Assembly: GCF_022539665.2 (NCBI RefSeq)
Contig: NC_081333.1
Coordinates: 12,710,001 to 12,774,000, forward strand
Reading direction: 5' to 3'
DNA length: 64,000 nt
From: Daphnia carinata
Taxonomy: Eukaryota
Under the pieces are notes generated by a model that was not told the DNA's origin, searched no databases, and was given only the letters and a program-made list of their open reading frames with translations. A program made the position numbers and the translations under genes. Shown here piece by piece: positions 17,901 through 31,884 of the stretch (positions are counted from its first letter, which is position 1; every line of letters starts with the position of its first letter).

Positions 17901-20900
17901 GTTTGTCTCTTGATTGTAGTTCGTATCTTATGTAGACTATAACACATTTTTTTTTTTTTCGTTCGTTCCCCATCATCTAGAGCGACGCCACACGCATATG
18001 AACCGAACCGACGTTTCTTCCCAATGCACATAAGACGAAAAGGCAATAAGGAAGGGTCGAGTGACTGGTGGCTACATTCCAGCCTTGATTTGAAAACATT
18101 CCAGCCTTAATGACAATAGGGTATATCTATAGACGCGCACGGACGTCGTACAACGAGCTATAATTGTATCTTTTGAAAAAAGCTGTTTTGTTGTGCGTCC
18201 AAATGTCGCAACTCAACTTGAACTTGATTGGGGACTCATCATCATCACTAATGGTTTTTCACTGCCATTCACCGTGAGCGCGTCGGTGCCACCTAGTTGC
18301 TACTTCCATTACGTGCGTGCAAGCCACTTTCGAACTTTTCTTTCTCTTATATATTTAACTGCCGATTTTGAAAAGTAGTTTCTCTTTCGTCCCGCGCGCA
18401 GAAGGTCCTCCCGCTGATGGGCTTTCGGTGGGAGGACAAGCGGACGGGGGTTTACGAGACGTCATTCAACAGCCTGGCCCTAACTTAACGATAGAAAGAG
18501 AGAAGCGTAAGTTTTTTTTGAAGAAAGAGACTTGCTCCCCCATCCATCATCGTAATAATAATAACTCTCTTCTTTTTCCCTCTCTCAAAAGCGCGTCATA
18601 AGAAACCACCATTCCATCACTGAGGCGAATAACAGAAGGGCCAGCCAATAGTTACCACAACTGCATATCATCAGTGTAGAGATCAGTTAAATAGACATAT
18701 ACCCTTTTTTTTCAATCTCTCTTTTCATCGTTATTGCCTTCTGCTTTCGTTGTACATATTGCTTTAAATGTGTTTTGCTTCTATATGCACATCAGTCGTC
18801 TCTAAAGAGGACATGCTGTTATGCGTGTATGCGTCTAAGTGACGAGCCAGATGACAAATCCTTCAGAGTTTCGCGGCCGGGGATGAATTAGAGTTACATC
18901 TCTATTTGTAGAACTCTATGGTGATGATAATGATGATGAAATAACCGTCAAAAACAAACATTTTCCGCCTTGCCGACGATAGCAATCCGAACAAGACAAC
19001 GAGACTCCACTGGCCACAAGTGACAACGACCTCATTTGATATGTAAGACATTAAGAATTGCGCATTCATTTCATTTTAATACTTGAAATGAATGAAATTC
19101 CAAATAATTTTCAACGTTCAATCTCTTGTACATGAGCGGAGAAGATAGTTAGCGTTTAACAATGGCAACCATCCCAATCATGCAACCCTTAAAGAGCAAA
19201 TAGCACGAAGAAGGGCGAAACACCATATGACATCGTTTTTTTTTTTTTTATATTTGCATTCAAATAAGTTTCAGAGGGGGACTAGAAAAAAAAAGGGGAT
19301 AATTTGAATCCGTGCAGGCTATAATCGCAAAACAGCAGCGATATAGGCCCCAATTTTCGGCACACGAAAGAGCAAAAGTGCCATGGTAAATTGGGTGAAA
19401 GGCCCCCCCTTTCGGCTCCACTAACACGAGCGTAACAAGTCTCTAGAGGGGATTGCGTCACGGGCTTCATTTATATACATATTACAGCGTATATATATGT
19501 CAGTTTGGCCCAGCTTCCTTTTACAAGATGTCCCTTAATAGTTTGCCGGCAAACCCCAATTCGCCGCACCGGTTATGGGCATCGTTATCCGTGTTATACA
19601 GTTAGACGGTACAAAAGGGACTAGTATATACAACAATGAATGATGCTGCTGAGGTCCAGTCGTGACACTCTTCATCCCCCCTTTTGCCTTTAAATCCCCC
19701 TACGCCACAAACTTAATAGACCCGCCAACTGTCGACTAGGATAACCGGCAACTTTGAAATGAAATCAGGGGAACTCTATACGTCATACATTTGTGATTTA
19801 AAATGATCTCTCAATGATGTTACTGTTGTACGCGATATAAAAGAGAACGATGAACTTCATTCATGTTCTTTCTTGACCCGTGAAATGGAAGCAGTACAAC
19901 AGAAATTCGAACTTACAAAGTGCTATGGATGTTCATCGATCTCGAAAACTTGTTGAATTTCACGCAAAAAAACTTTAACGCTAATGACCAATTTCGTGCC
20001 CTCTCCAAAAACTCGACTAATAGCAGCAAAACTGTTTTGATGGATCTCGGCCATATATCGCGCGAGCTGGTCAAAATTTAACGAAGCGTATTATAACGGT
20101 CCATCAGTTGTTAATGACAAGTTGGCAATCTTATAATGAGCCATTAACACCATTTTGGCTCGCTTTGTACTCGATGGCCCATTTTTGTTTTTTAACGACA
20201 AGCGACGCACATCCGGGCTGGTGCACCACAAACGCAGAATTCAAAAAAAAAAAAAAAAATAAATAAAACAACCTGAACGAAGAAAATAATTTTTGATTGA
20301 TCATTTTTCACGTCGTGTACAATGCGCAAGGCGAACGAAGAGGTTGATCGTCGTGATGTTCGACTCTCTTCCTGTTCTCTGTGCGCACGTTTGCTCACGC
20401 GCGCACTAATTAAGCCATCAATCGCTCAACTGCCGTGTGTTGTAATGAGCATGGCAGCAGTGGAGCAGGAAGCTGTTTCTCAATAGGTGCCCTGGCTATA
20501 TATATGGCGTCGCAGGCGTTGTACTACAAACCATCACACAGTGAGGGTCCCATCCCTGCCAATTACTGACGTAACGACAGCTTCATCGTCGCCAACGGCC
20601 ATCGCTGGACGCGTTGGACGTCAACTCTTTTTCTTGCGTCTCGTCTACGTGTACATTCCTGCTCAGCACTTCCTCGATGCCTTGCCTGTTTAGATGGGAA
20701 ACGAGAAGGCAAATGAGTGTAGAGTCAAGAGACAAGCGGAGAAACGAGGTCGACGATTGAGCGTCGCACCTGACGTCCACCTTTCAGCCAATAAACAAAA
20801 ATGGGAGGGGACCCCGGCCCAGCATTCGTATACTGATGACACTTGGACAGCGCAAGATTATGCAGCTATATACTGCGTGTATAGCATGAAAATGAGGAGT

Positions 20901-23900
20901 CGTTAAAGTTAACTAGGCACCCCGTTCCGCTTGAGCTATAATGACATCATTAACACGATGCGCAATAATAGCAAAAAAGCTCCGCATTTTCATGTATATT
21001 TCAGTAGCTATAGAATGAGATGCGTGCATGGCAACAAAAAAGGCATGAAGTCAAAGTGTGGCAGCAATTTTTTTTTCTTCGTAAATTTGAGGATCCAATG
21101 ACCTATTATAAAAATGTGGGTTTTAACATTGCATTAAAAAAATTGGGAGGGGACTCGTGAAATTCGAATCTAGTGGATCAGATGGCGCATAATAGTCTAT
21201 CTATGTATAACCTATGTGTTCCATAATGGATATGACATTTCTTCATTAAATTCTTTTTTTTTTTCGTTGAAAACCCATTGCGCCTCAGTGTGCATGTAGT
21301 CAACACTACGGCCCGCTACGCAGACTTATGTACAGCCTATGTTAAAAACTGATGATGATGAGAACGACAAAGAATTCGATACGCTAAAAACGGGACTAAT
21401 TAGCGATGCGGGGCACGAGTAAAAAAAAAAGGAGAAAGCCAAGAGAAGTGCGTTCATGTGCGAGTGATAGTTCATTCGATATCGCGGATCATTAAAAAAA
21501 AAAAAACGCCGAGAACAGGCCAAATTCAACGTGTAAAAATGACGGAGTAACAAAGAATTATGTGACTCTCTATAGCCAAAAAAAAAAAGATTTCTTTTCT
21601 GCCATTTTGAAAAAAAAAAAAACAAGAGTAGAAGGAGGGGTAAAAATGACGTTAGCACCTTATAAAGGCAGCTCTTAAAATACTGCTGACGACGCAAGCA
21701 CAGTGTGCTGCTATATCCTATGCCAAGTCAGAGGCCAAAAGAGCCACAACGAGAGAGTTGAAAGAGGGTCTGTGCGCATCGAGGGGGTCTTGGCATGGAC
21801 AAGACAAGCAAAAGAAGTCACGTGACGTAACTAATGAACCTATTTGTCCAGAGTCGCAGCAATGTTAATGACTTGTCGCGCTTTGCTAACGAGGTTGATA
21901 AATGGGCACCAATATGGGAAGAACTTATATTTACTACACCCTCCTCTCTCAGTTGTCCCTCGCTTGCGGGTAAATATCCGATAAGGCCAGCCTAAAAACT
22001 AGTACTCGTCCGGCCTGCGATAAAAAAAGACAGCATTATCTTGGGTATTGAATTTTCCTCATATTTGTATACGAAGTATACAAACACATTCTTCTAATCA
22101 ATAGTCGAAGTGTTTCGTAACATACAAACACGTTTGTTTATAAAAGCCTACAAGCCACAACATCGTTCTCTCATCAAGAGAAAAAAAAAGGCCAGTTTAA
22201 AAATAAACAGGGAAGACGATGTTCGTCGCAACGATCCATTGGCAGTGTAAGCAATATCGGTCCAGCCCGGCCCTCTTTTCGTCTCGGTGCTCGCGCTCGC
22301 AGGCCGACGTATGCATAAATAATGAAGTGGGCGCCGACACGGCAGCAATCGTCGCATCAGACTGAATGCAACTCGTTAACACGTCACCCTTAAAAAAAAA
22401 AAAAAATGGCTCTAAGATTTCTGGCCATCGGGGTTGCTTCACAATTTGGCCTAGAGGTTCGTTCCAGTATCAACTCATCGACGTCATCGTGTTCCACACA
22501 ACATCTTTATTGAAGTATACACTGACGTGATTCATATAACGCTGACATTTTGAAAATCTAAGTCCGACACGTCACTTTTTGAATCCCATCACGCAAACCT
22601 GTTCTTTTCTAATTCCGTTCTCTTTTTAATACATCCCGCTAGTTTGTCCGGCGGTGCTTTTGCCTCAAACGAGCGTGTGTGGGAAGCGGGAAATTTGACG
22701 GATCGTTGCGGCGGCAAACCAACCGAGAAGACGCCATCAGTGAAGCTCTATACGCAGCTTCAATCTTTTTTTTCTCTTTTCTTTCTTATATTCTTCATTT
22801 TTTTTTTTGTGTGTGTGTATGGCTCTACTGGATAGCCTTTTTTTTTTAAACAGGAAGTCATTGAACGTGGTGAGAAAAGAGGCACCCTTCAAAGAGACAG
22901 AATAACTAATGTCGCCCCTTTTCTTTTTTGTCGTTCCATTCTATCATACGTCAACAAAGAAAGATAGGCCTAAAGTGAGGGGCTATAAGGCGTCCAATTT
23001 ATCTCTTGATGGGGTTAGTTAGGGGTTAATTAGTGCCGGCCTAGCGTAGATGTAGGACGTATATTTAGAGTTCATCAGCCACATGTGCTGAACACATGTG
23101 CCCTATTCTCCATTGACTGTCCTCAGCTCCCATTACCCATCCACTAGCCAACTTATTATCGCCAACTTTTTAATGCCATTGCGTGCGCTTATAAACCAAT
23201 TTGTGTTAACTCAAGAAAATTGATTTTCATTCGTTTTGTATATCATGTTGTTAAGCGTGAATGGAGTTTGCGAATGATACCCTTGTATGCCATTCATTGC
23301 ACCTGATTGAACGTTCCTCTTCGAACGCTATATCGCAGGCGAAAACGATTGAATGAAGGAGGGTACTATATTGAGAAACATTGCGCTTTAAAAGCATTAT
23401 AAACATAAAAATGCTGGAACAATTTTTTTTGGATCGCAGATGGATAGGGCCATCTAACGAGCTCACATTCAGGCTCAAATTTCTCCCCAACTATTCCCTC
23501 GCGTTAGGGCGAAGCCCCTCCTACCCACTGAACGTGAGTAGTTTCACGCTCGGTTGCATACACCCGTTCGACATGAGCTATTCTCGTAGACCGTTAGATG
23601 ACTCCATTGGTCTGTTTCCCCTCCAAACATTCGAAAATACTCGTATAGTCCAGCCGCTGGTCGTAAACCGGCAAGTGCATACAAATCGACTTATATGTAA
23701 TGTTGTATGTTAAATGCAGAGTTGATCGTAGTACGTCAGGCTAACGAATATATGTACAAAAAAAAAAGGGTAGATGAAATAGAAGGAAAATGAAGGGTTC
23801 AGAAGAAACCTTAGACATCAAAAGCATGTGCGAAGGCACACGAAGGGAAGTCGTGATGTCGTTCGTGCGTGACCCCAAAGCTCAAAGCGAAAACAAGGAA

Positions 23901-26900
23901 GGCAGGCAAGCAGCAATCCTATATATCTACTTGAGGGCTCACAATGAGATAGAAGAGACATGGTGGGATCTAGTAGCACGTAAAGTCGCTTATTAACTTA
24001 TGTGTGTTTCTTTCCCGTACGCAACCAAACGCAACCGATAAACTTGACCTTTATTTACATACAAATGTACACACGCAAGACTAGCGTCTCGTCTATTGTC
24101 TGGCGTCTGAAGACAAAAGCTTCACTTCTTTGAATTTGCAATCCCTTACATTTTCGCAGTATATTTTGATTTGTGCTTGTTATACGTCCTACACTTTTAA
24201 TGTTCCATCATAATTAAAAAGCTGTTATTACACCCCCACTTGTATGCACACAAATCAATTTGAAATTCACTTTATTTTTTTCGAATGATGTGAGTTTCAA
24301 ATCGACCACCTTCACATAGTGCTATAAATAAATCACTCGCAGGGCACTGTGGCGCAGCGTGAAACCAGCGCCCCTCAATCGATACGTAGAAGCGTAAATA
24401 ACAAAGAGAAAACTGGCACGGTAATGACTGGCTAAAAGGAGGGCACCCATCATGGCTAACAGGGGTTACTACTCTCAGTCTAAGTGATGATCGTAACTTG
24501 AGACGGCCAAACTATTTCCTTTCTTTCTACCCACGTCAACGTCATCGGTCGTCAACGTTGTACCTGTCTTTAATGCTTTCCCTTTTCTTTTTGTGACAAG
24601 GTATATATGCGTGCTACGTGTATTATCGACATTGTTTTGTGTACACGTCTTAGATTGCAGCGCCGGACACGCAGCGGAAGCCAAATGCTGAAGACAGAGA
24701 GGCATCAGACATCAATAGCCAAACTCATTTTAGCTCCATCACCTACTGTGATATCTCACAGTGAAATAACAAAAGAAAACCTACGATAGTAAAAGGTACA
24801 CGGAAAAAAAAAAAGATGGACGCGTATTTTGGTCCTTAAATGTTCAAGGAAGATCCAGGTGATCATCACAGCAGCGCACTACACCGCAAAACAAACGTTG
24901 CTGCGCTGATGTGCGGTTAGAAAAAACAAATCAAAAGCTTCCGTGTATATAGATCCTCTTGTGTTTCGCCGTTGCCATGCACAGAGGCTTATGGGTCATA
25001 CGATACTACGTTCGCCTGCTGAGCGCGTCCAGTCGACCGCATCGCCAATCGGTAATGAGCGGTCAAACTGCGCGTATAGTCTAACGTTTTTTTTTTTTTA
25101 AACCAAGAACCGCCAATGTATTTTCGCTTGATGGCCGCAATCATCGCGCTCTATAGGATTCTTTTACGATCGAAAATCCGGCGTACACGCGCGTTTATAT
25201 AGTTGTAACGTGTTTACATTGCAGCAGGACTTTTGTTTAGCTCTTCAACTGGCCCATCCTCTGTAAACGTATACAGACAGCGATATTCTAGCAGCCGGTT
25301 GTGTGTGCGGTCCAATGCACTCTACCTTTATTCTTTTCATCAGTTTCACAGTTCAATGATTGTCTATACACCAGCGCAGGATGCACTTCACGGTCGTGTC
25401 AGAATCATCGTCTATCAGCGCCGCTATAGATTCTTCACCTGGATTTCTTTTTTATTTCGTTATTGTGTTTGTGTTTATGCCCCCTTTTTTCTGTTAAACT
25501 AACGATCTAACCACTATAGGAAGCCTCATTATATTTGTTTAGATAGACATATAAGGTATACACTGTATATCTATCAGATGATATGCAGTACCTTCACCGC
25601 ACGTACGCACACACAAAAAAAAAAAAAAAAGAATAGAAATAAGAGAATTATATGTCTACATAGACTGTCTATTATATTGTACCTATAGTCTTTGACGTTG
25701 TGCTGCTAGCTAATGATCATCACCGGTATTCTTTTTTTCTTGTTCGTTTGAAGGGATGAAACTATGAAGCGAATGCGCGAGGAGGTTGGCAGTGTGGGTA
25801 CTACTCCGGCAATGAGGAGGGTGGTATAAAGAGGGGAAGAGCAACAGATTGATTACACTATAGCGCATCAGAGAAGGAGGAGCAGAGGCCATCAGCGTAT
25901 GTATCACGGCAGAATGCGCGCGTATTCAATCTAATTAGGCTGATGTTACACAAGCGACCGGGCGAGCGTCGGCGTTACAAGCCTCTGTGTAGCACAAAGG
26001 ACTGCTGCTTATATCCGATCCGCACCTTTCCTCTATATAGTGCTACCTCATCATGTGCAGGTAAGCGAACGGCCAACATTAAAAGAGGGGCCGAAAGATC
26101 GTGTGGTCTATAATCGAATAAGATAATACTTACTCCAATCATTGGAGAAAATCAAATAAAGCAGGGCCAGTGAAACAGCCCAAACCGCGCCCCTAAATTG
26201 AAACATTTATTAGCGCAGTAATATGTTCTTGAAAAAAGAAAGGGAGTAGCAAGTAACTATCGCATTATTTTGGAAACTTTCATTTTATGATGAGCATTTT
26301 AAAAACCCAACCCATCCGATTTAGTTTACTTTATTTTTCCGTGTATAGTTCGCGTGTCACAATTGTTTTTCAGCTCTATACTGTAACTGCGCTTATCGTG
26401 AAGGGCACATGAAAAATGAATGCAGGCAAAGTAGGAGAGTGCTGAACGAAAACTGTTATCGGCTGTTGCTACGCGCTTTTTTTAATTATTATTATTATTC
26501 TCTGCACTGAAACGAACGTATAAGCCGATTATGACGAGACGATCGGATTGCTCTATGGAATGAATGCGGAATAAAAGAGAGAGAGAGCAGCTGATCCTCT
26601 CAAACAATAAGAGAAGGAACTCATCAGACCGCGACGAGAGCGCAAAAAGTTATTGGAAGCCGAGGCAGTATTGTGTTTTCTGTTTCGTTTGTTTGTCTTT
26701 CGTTTTTTGTTTTTGTTATATTTTTCATACCGTTTGAGAGCTGAACCCATCGCTTTCTATTTTCCCTTTTATCTCGATATGTACACACAGGAAACACCTT
26801 TAAGACTGCATCGGACCTAAACCTTATTATCCGACCGATTAAAGTACGATGTTTAACAGATTAGGAAAAGACCTATCACTAAGCCAAGATTCTTCTAAAT

Positions 26901-29900
26901 ACAATGTGTCATTGAAAAAAAAAAAAAACAAGCTCACTGCTACACATTGAAACGTACTTTCCCCTCTCTCAATGAGAAAGCCAAAAAACGTTTAGCGAGG
27001 ATTGTTCCTAGAAACCTGCAATGTATAACATTGGTCTTCATTGTTCTCGTATACTCGTAAAAAAAAAAATACGACAGAGCAGATCGGTTATCGATCTGAT
27101 GTCGGCCATGTCTTTCATCCAAGTATTGAGCTGAGCATTATGATTCGCTTGCAGCTACATCTACACGTAAGAGACATTGTCCTTGTATACATCTCCACTT
27201 CCAGCAGCGATTCCTTTTCTTTCGCGTGTCTGTTAGTACGAAGAAACAATAGAAGTGTAACTGTTCACGTATTCACGCGGGTAGCAAATTTGAATGCTAC
27301 TTTGCCCTAATAAACATGGCTACCGGTGTTGTTACTTTTCAAAATCAATGGATTTTTCCATCGTTTAGCTTATACACATACCACGTTCCCCACATTAGGC
27401 CAAATACAACAACAACAGCTCAAAAAAGTCTAACAATAAATGGATCGAATATCGTTTCAGCCATTACACTAGGACAATAGGCAGATACGATGCGAGTTTT
27501 TTTTTTTTTCATATTTGAAGAGATGAAACGTACTGATACAGACGAACAAGGAGGGTATAACCAATCGATGACCCCCTTTTTTCATATTTCTTTGGTATAA
27601 TCCTCCCCACTTCTTTTAGATCCTTTATCTAGCCATGTCTTGTGTATGTAGACCTCTCAATTATTCCCCCCTTATGGTTTATACTTATCCGCTAACTGGG
27701 GCTCTTGTTTCCCCTACGTGCATATGCCATTTCCCTCTTGACCTCCTCGTTGCTTAGATTCTCCTTTTATCTCTTTCGAGGCTATTGCAATCAATCAGTC
27801 GCGGCCCATTTCATCTGGTATTCAACGTCATGTTCTCCAACGACGATGACGTCTACCATCCAGCGACCGACAGCTGTTGGCTCCACAAACGCAGCCGCCG
27901 CATGCCCTCCATGGACGTTCGCTAGTTGCCATGATGGCTACCTGAACGGGCATTGTTACATCATACTTTCGGTTTATCAATTTCATAGGTTTCAGATTAT
28001 TTAAAGGAAAACAATCTACAAGACACTAAGCAATGTATCATTGCAGTTGCGCATTTCGATACTCGATGCAGAGAACGTTAGCAGAATCAGGACTGAATGC
28101 AACAAGACTCTAAAGGTTTCGTTGTTCGATCGGTGTTTGAATAATAAAGAAAACGAGCCAAGACAGCCATGTCAATTCGCATTAAATGTTCATTCAAGAA
28201 GAAAAACAGTGTGAAATTTGAAGACAGCAACGATTATACGTTGGCTCAAAAGAGAGACACCCTGGCAATAAGAAGACAGACACACGTCGATAGCAACGGT
28301 GGGAAGCCACAGACACAGGTCACGTGCCAGGACACAGAACCGATCACCTATTATGTTGCAAGTCTTACGTCATGGGGCACAAAGGCAATCTAGGGTATAA
28401 ATATTCACGGGGAGTTAATCTACATGGTCCCACCACCATGGCGCCTGTCCTCCATCAAATTCGGATGAATGGACATAGAGAGTAGAGGGGGGGGGAAGAG
28501 GTTTGCAATTGAATCGGTCATTATAATATTAGAGACAGTTATAGCGAGCTAAAAAGAGGTTCTACATAGTACAACTGTAATCACATCGTCGGCGTACTTG
28601 GTGATGGGCGTTTACCACAACAGCCGCTGAGGATCGAGTGGAGAGGCTGAAGAGGGAGGCAAGTGGGTCTCTGCACGCGTCTCGCCTCCTGCCTGGATAT
28701 TCCCCCATCTCTATGAAAAAAAAAACTGTATTGTGCAATATTGAAATTTACACAAGGGTCGACGTGCGCGCGGTACTCGTAAACGCTGCAACATATGTAA
28801 CCAGCAGCAACCGCTTTTGTGTTAACTGACTGAAACCTTTTTTTTTTTCCATTCATCCCACGGTCGATCTGCTAATAGCTGTTATGATTGTTTACACACG
28901 AATAAAGGGGTTCACTACAAGTACCTTTGAAAATCATGTTTTCATTTCCATGTTTCATGTAACTCACAGAAGCCATTAATATTCCGTCTGTCTTGAAGTG
29001 TTTTATCATTTTGATTCATTCATGATGCGCTAAGGGTATGACGCGCCTAATGAGATAATGATATCACCCACATTTATCATTCACATCGATATCTTTTAAA
29101 GACCTAGCCAAATTTTACGTGAATGAACCTTGAAATCAATTTTCTCTGATCATTTTCCAAAAAGAGAATTTTGATTTTCCGACCCATTCCCCCTTTGCGC
29201 CGCAGGTTCTTTGTTTCTCACCTTTCCTTCTCTCTTTTGATTACGTATACCCTACCTTAGGCATCATCGTTTGTCACCTTATGTAAGTCCAGTAGTCGTT
29301 TCCTGCCACTCTTTGTATCAAGTGCACGTAATATCTGTCGTATCATTTCGCTTGTGTGACGTGTCACAGAACTTTCCAAAACGTTCCAACTCGACATTTC
29401 ACAGTTACAATTTCAAGTTGCATAAGATGTAATAGTGTCCCACAGAAAGCAACCCAGAAAAAGCCATAACATTAACTACAAAGCTTCACTTTCATACGGC
29501 CATGGAAGTAGTGCATGGCTTATTCCTGCCAATGGCGGTCCACTTCATCATCCGAGTCAGGTAACTGCTGATACACACGAAAAATAGCTGTAAGAAACTT
29601 AGCGTTCCATTGATCCTGAGTTGTTCATTTTCCAATGTAATAAACACGACAAGTTAGTGATGGCTCGACATAGTGTACGGTCTATCAATTAGCAACAGGC
29701 AAGCCATCAGTTTGAATGAAATAGTTTGACAACGAGTCTCTTCGTCATCGACATCAAAAGAGACAAGTCTCTTTTTGAAAAGATAAAAAGAACTAGGGAA
29801 ATGTTTTCATGCTAGAGATCATCAACTAGAAAGGGTGTGTAGAGCAAGCAGTTAGATAGAGAGATGAAGAAAAAGGGTCTACTAGCCAGCAGACAGTAAA

Positions 29901-31853
29901 AACATAGTTGAAGCACATTCTTTTAGTATCGTCTTAAGAAACACATGGGCGTGTGTGGGTCATGATAGCCCAGAGATGTTGGCAGATTACACTGTCTAGT
30001 CTATTTAGTTTCTTCCCTAGTGCAAAATAGGCTTGGCAATACACTAGGGTTATTAGATCCACATGATTACGTTGCTGCGACGTGCACGCGGAATGCCACT
30101 GTTTACCGTATACCGATAGACATCGTTTTGTGTTCTACATCAAAATGTAAGGCATCGAAATGCCAAAGACTTTTGGGGTTTTACATTCTGGGACTTGGTT
30201 TGATGACAAATTGAATCCCATCAGCAAAGAACTCTGGGCGCTTTCTAAACCCAACCATAAACCTATCTAAAGATGTAAATCCTCTTTTTTTTTTTTTTCT
30301 TTTTCCTCTTGTTTATCATACGTAATGACGAAGAAAGAAGGCTTGCAACATGATGGAGGAATCAGAAATCCGGGCCTAGTGAATCTCACAGTTTTATACG
30401 AGCAATGCTGCGATGAAGTGCTCAACTGTAAACTCTTTTCATCAAGGCAAAAACATCCCTGTACGAAGCAACAACACCAACTACGTAAACCAAACAAATA
30501 ACAACTCCCTCGTAATAATAAAGTAAAAAAAAAAAGAAGGGAAATATCCAAAGTCTCCCTCTTTAGTGGTAGTACACAATAGAGCAAAAAAAAAGAAAAA
30601 AAGAGGGGAGATAGATCCTCTCTTCCTTTTTTTTATATAGCAGGGCAACATCACATCCCAATCATCCGCTTCTTTTGGTTCCCTCTCAATCTCTTTCCAG
30701 CGGCAGCATCATCTACCTATTCACGCAACAGCCATCAACAACGCCCCAACAGCCTCCAGAGACTCTTCCCTAAAAACTCTTCATCTCGTGTACGGTATAG
30801 TCATTCTCCTTGCATATTCCTTTTATTCAACTATATAAGAGGGTTTTTTTTTTAGGGGGGTGGTGGAGGATGAATACAGTGGGGATTGCTATGATTTTTC
30901 ATGTCAACAGAAATATAGGAGTTCTCTTGACTCTTCCTGTAAACGTCATCGGCATTGACAGTGTCGATTACAACAACCAAAAATCGATTAGCCTATCGTG
31001 CACATATGCAAATTGTAGTCATCATTAAGGGGAAAAAAAAGAATTGTTTTGATTTGCCCATGTATTTTTTCAACTACCTTTTCAGTCTTTGATGAGTGAG
31101 GTACACAGAAGAGCCGCCTCAGCTTGAGGGGTAAGGTCAAAGTGCAACTTATTGTACGGTTTCAACGACAAAAGGAAATAAACATGGCAATGCATCACGG
31201 GAGGAAAAGGGAACTGAAAATATTGACTAGCTTGATACTGGCATCGTACAAAACTTGTACTACTTTCAATTCGGGGTATTGAATGCTGCGCTTCTTTCAT
31301 TGCTCGCTGTGCAATGACTGCGATGCCGAGAGCAATCATCGATCTGTCATCGTTTCCAGTTGTTGGCCATTGAACAGCCAAAAGCAAACGGCAACACAAA
31401 AGCGAGAAGAAGAGGCTCTTTTTTTTTTCCATTAAAAAAAGAGGAAAATACGAAGAGATTCGTTATTGTTGACGACGATCGTGCAGAACGTATACACACA
31501 CAAGCTAATGAAACGGAGTGAAAGAAGAGGAGCGCACCATATAGGAGGGGTGAAAGAAAGTGGAGAAGTCGTCATCATTGAGAATGGACATGTTGAAAAC
31601 GAGCGAAAAGGAGAGACGCTTTTAATCAGGACAGCCATCCTTTTGCCCCAATCATCGTGATGATGGGCTTTTCGTTCAATGCACAGCGACGCGAACAAGG
31701 AGATCAAAAGGCAATACGTGAACGAGAGAGAGTATTTACTGTATTTATAGACGTATATACGCGAAATGTATAGGGCGACACACAACAACTCGACAACAAG
31801 AGATTGAGGATGAAGTGGAAAAAAGAAAAGAGCCCACACATGATCACATGCAA

Positions 31854-31879
<26 letters not shown>
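31854..31879. repeat. (AG)n microsatellite
   Basis: Uninterrupted AG dinucleotide run. Confidence 0.9.

Positions 31880-31884
<5 letters not shown>

Noticed and set aside
19063..19094. 11-bp stem hairpin cattcatttca...tgaaatgaatg
   Set aside because: Short, AT-rich and low complexity; no supporting context.
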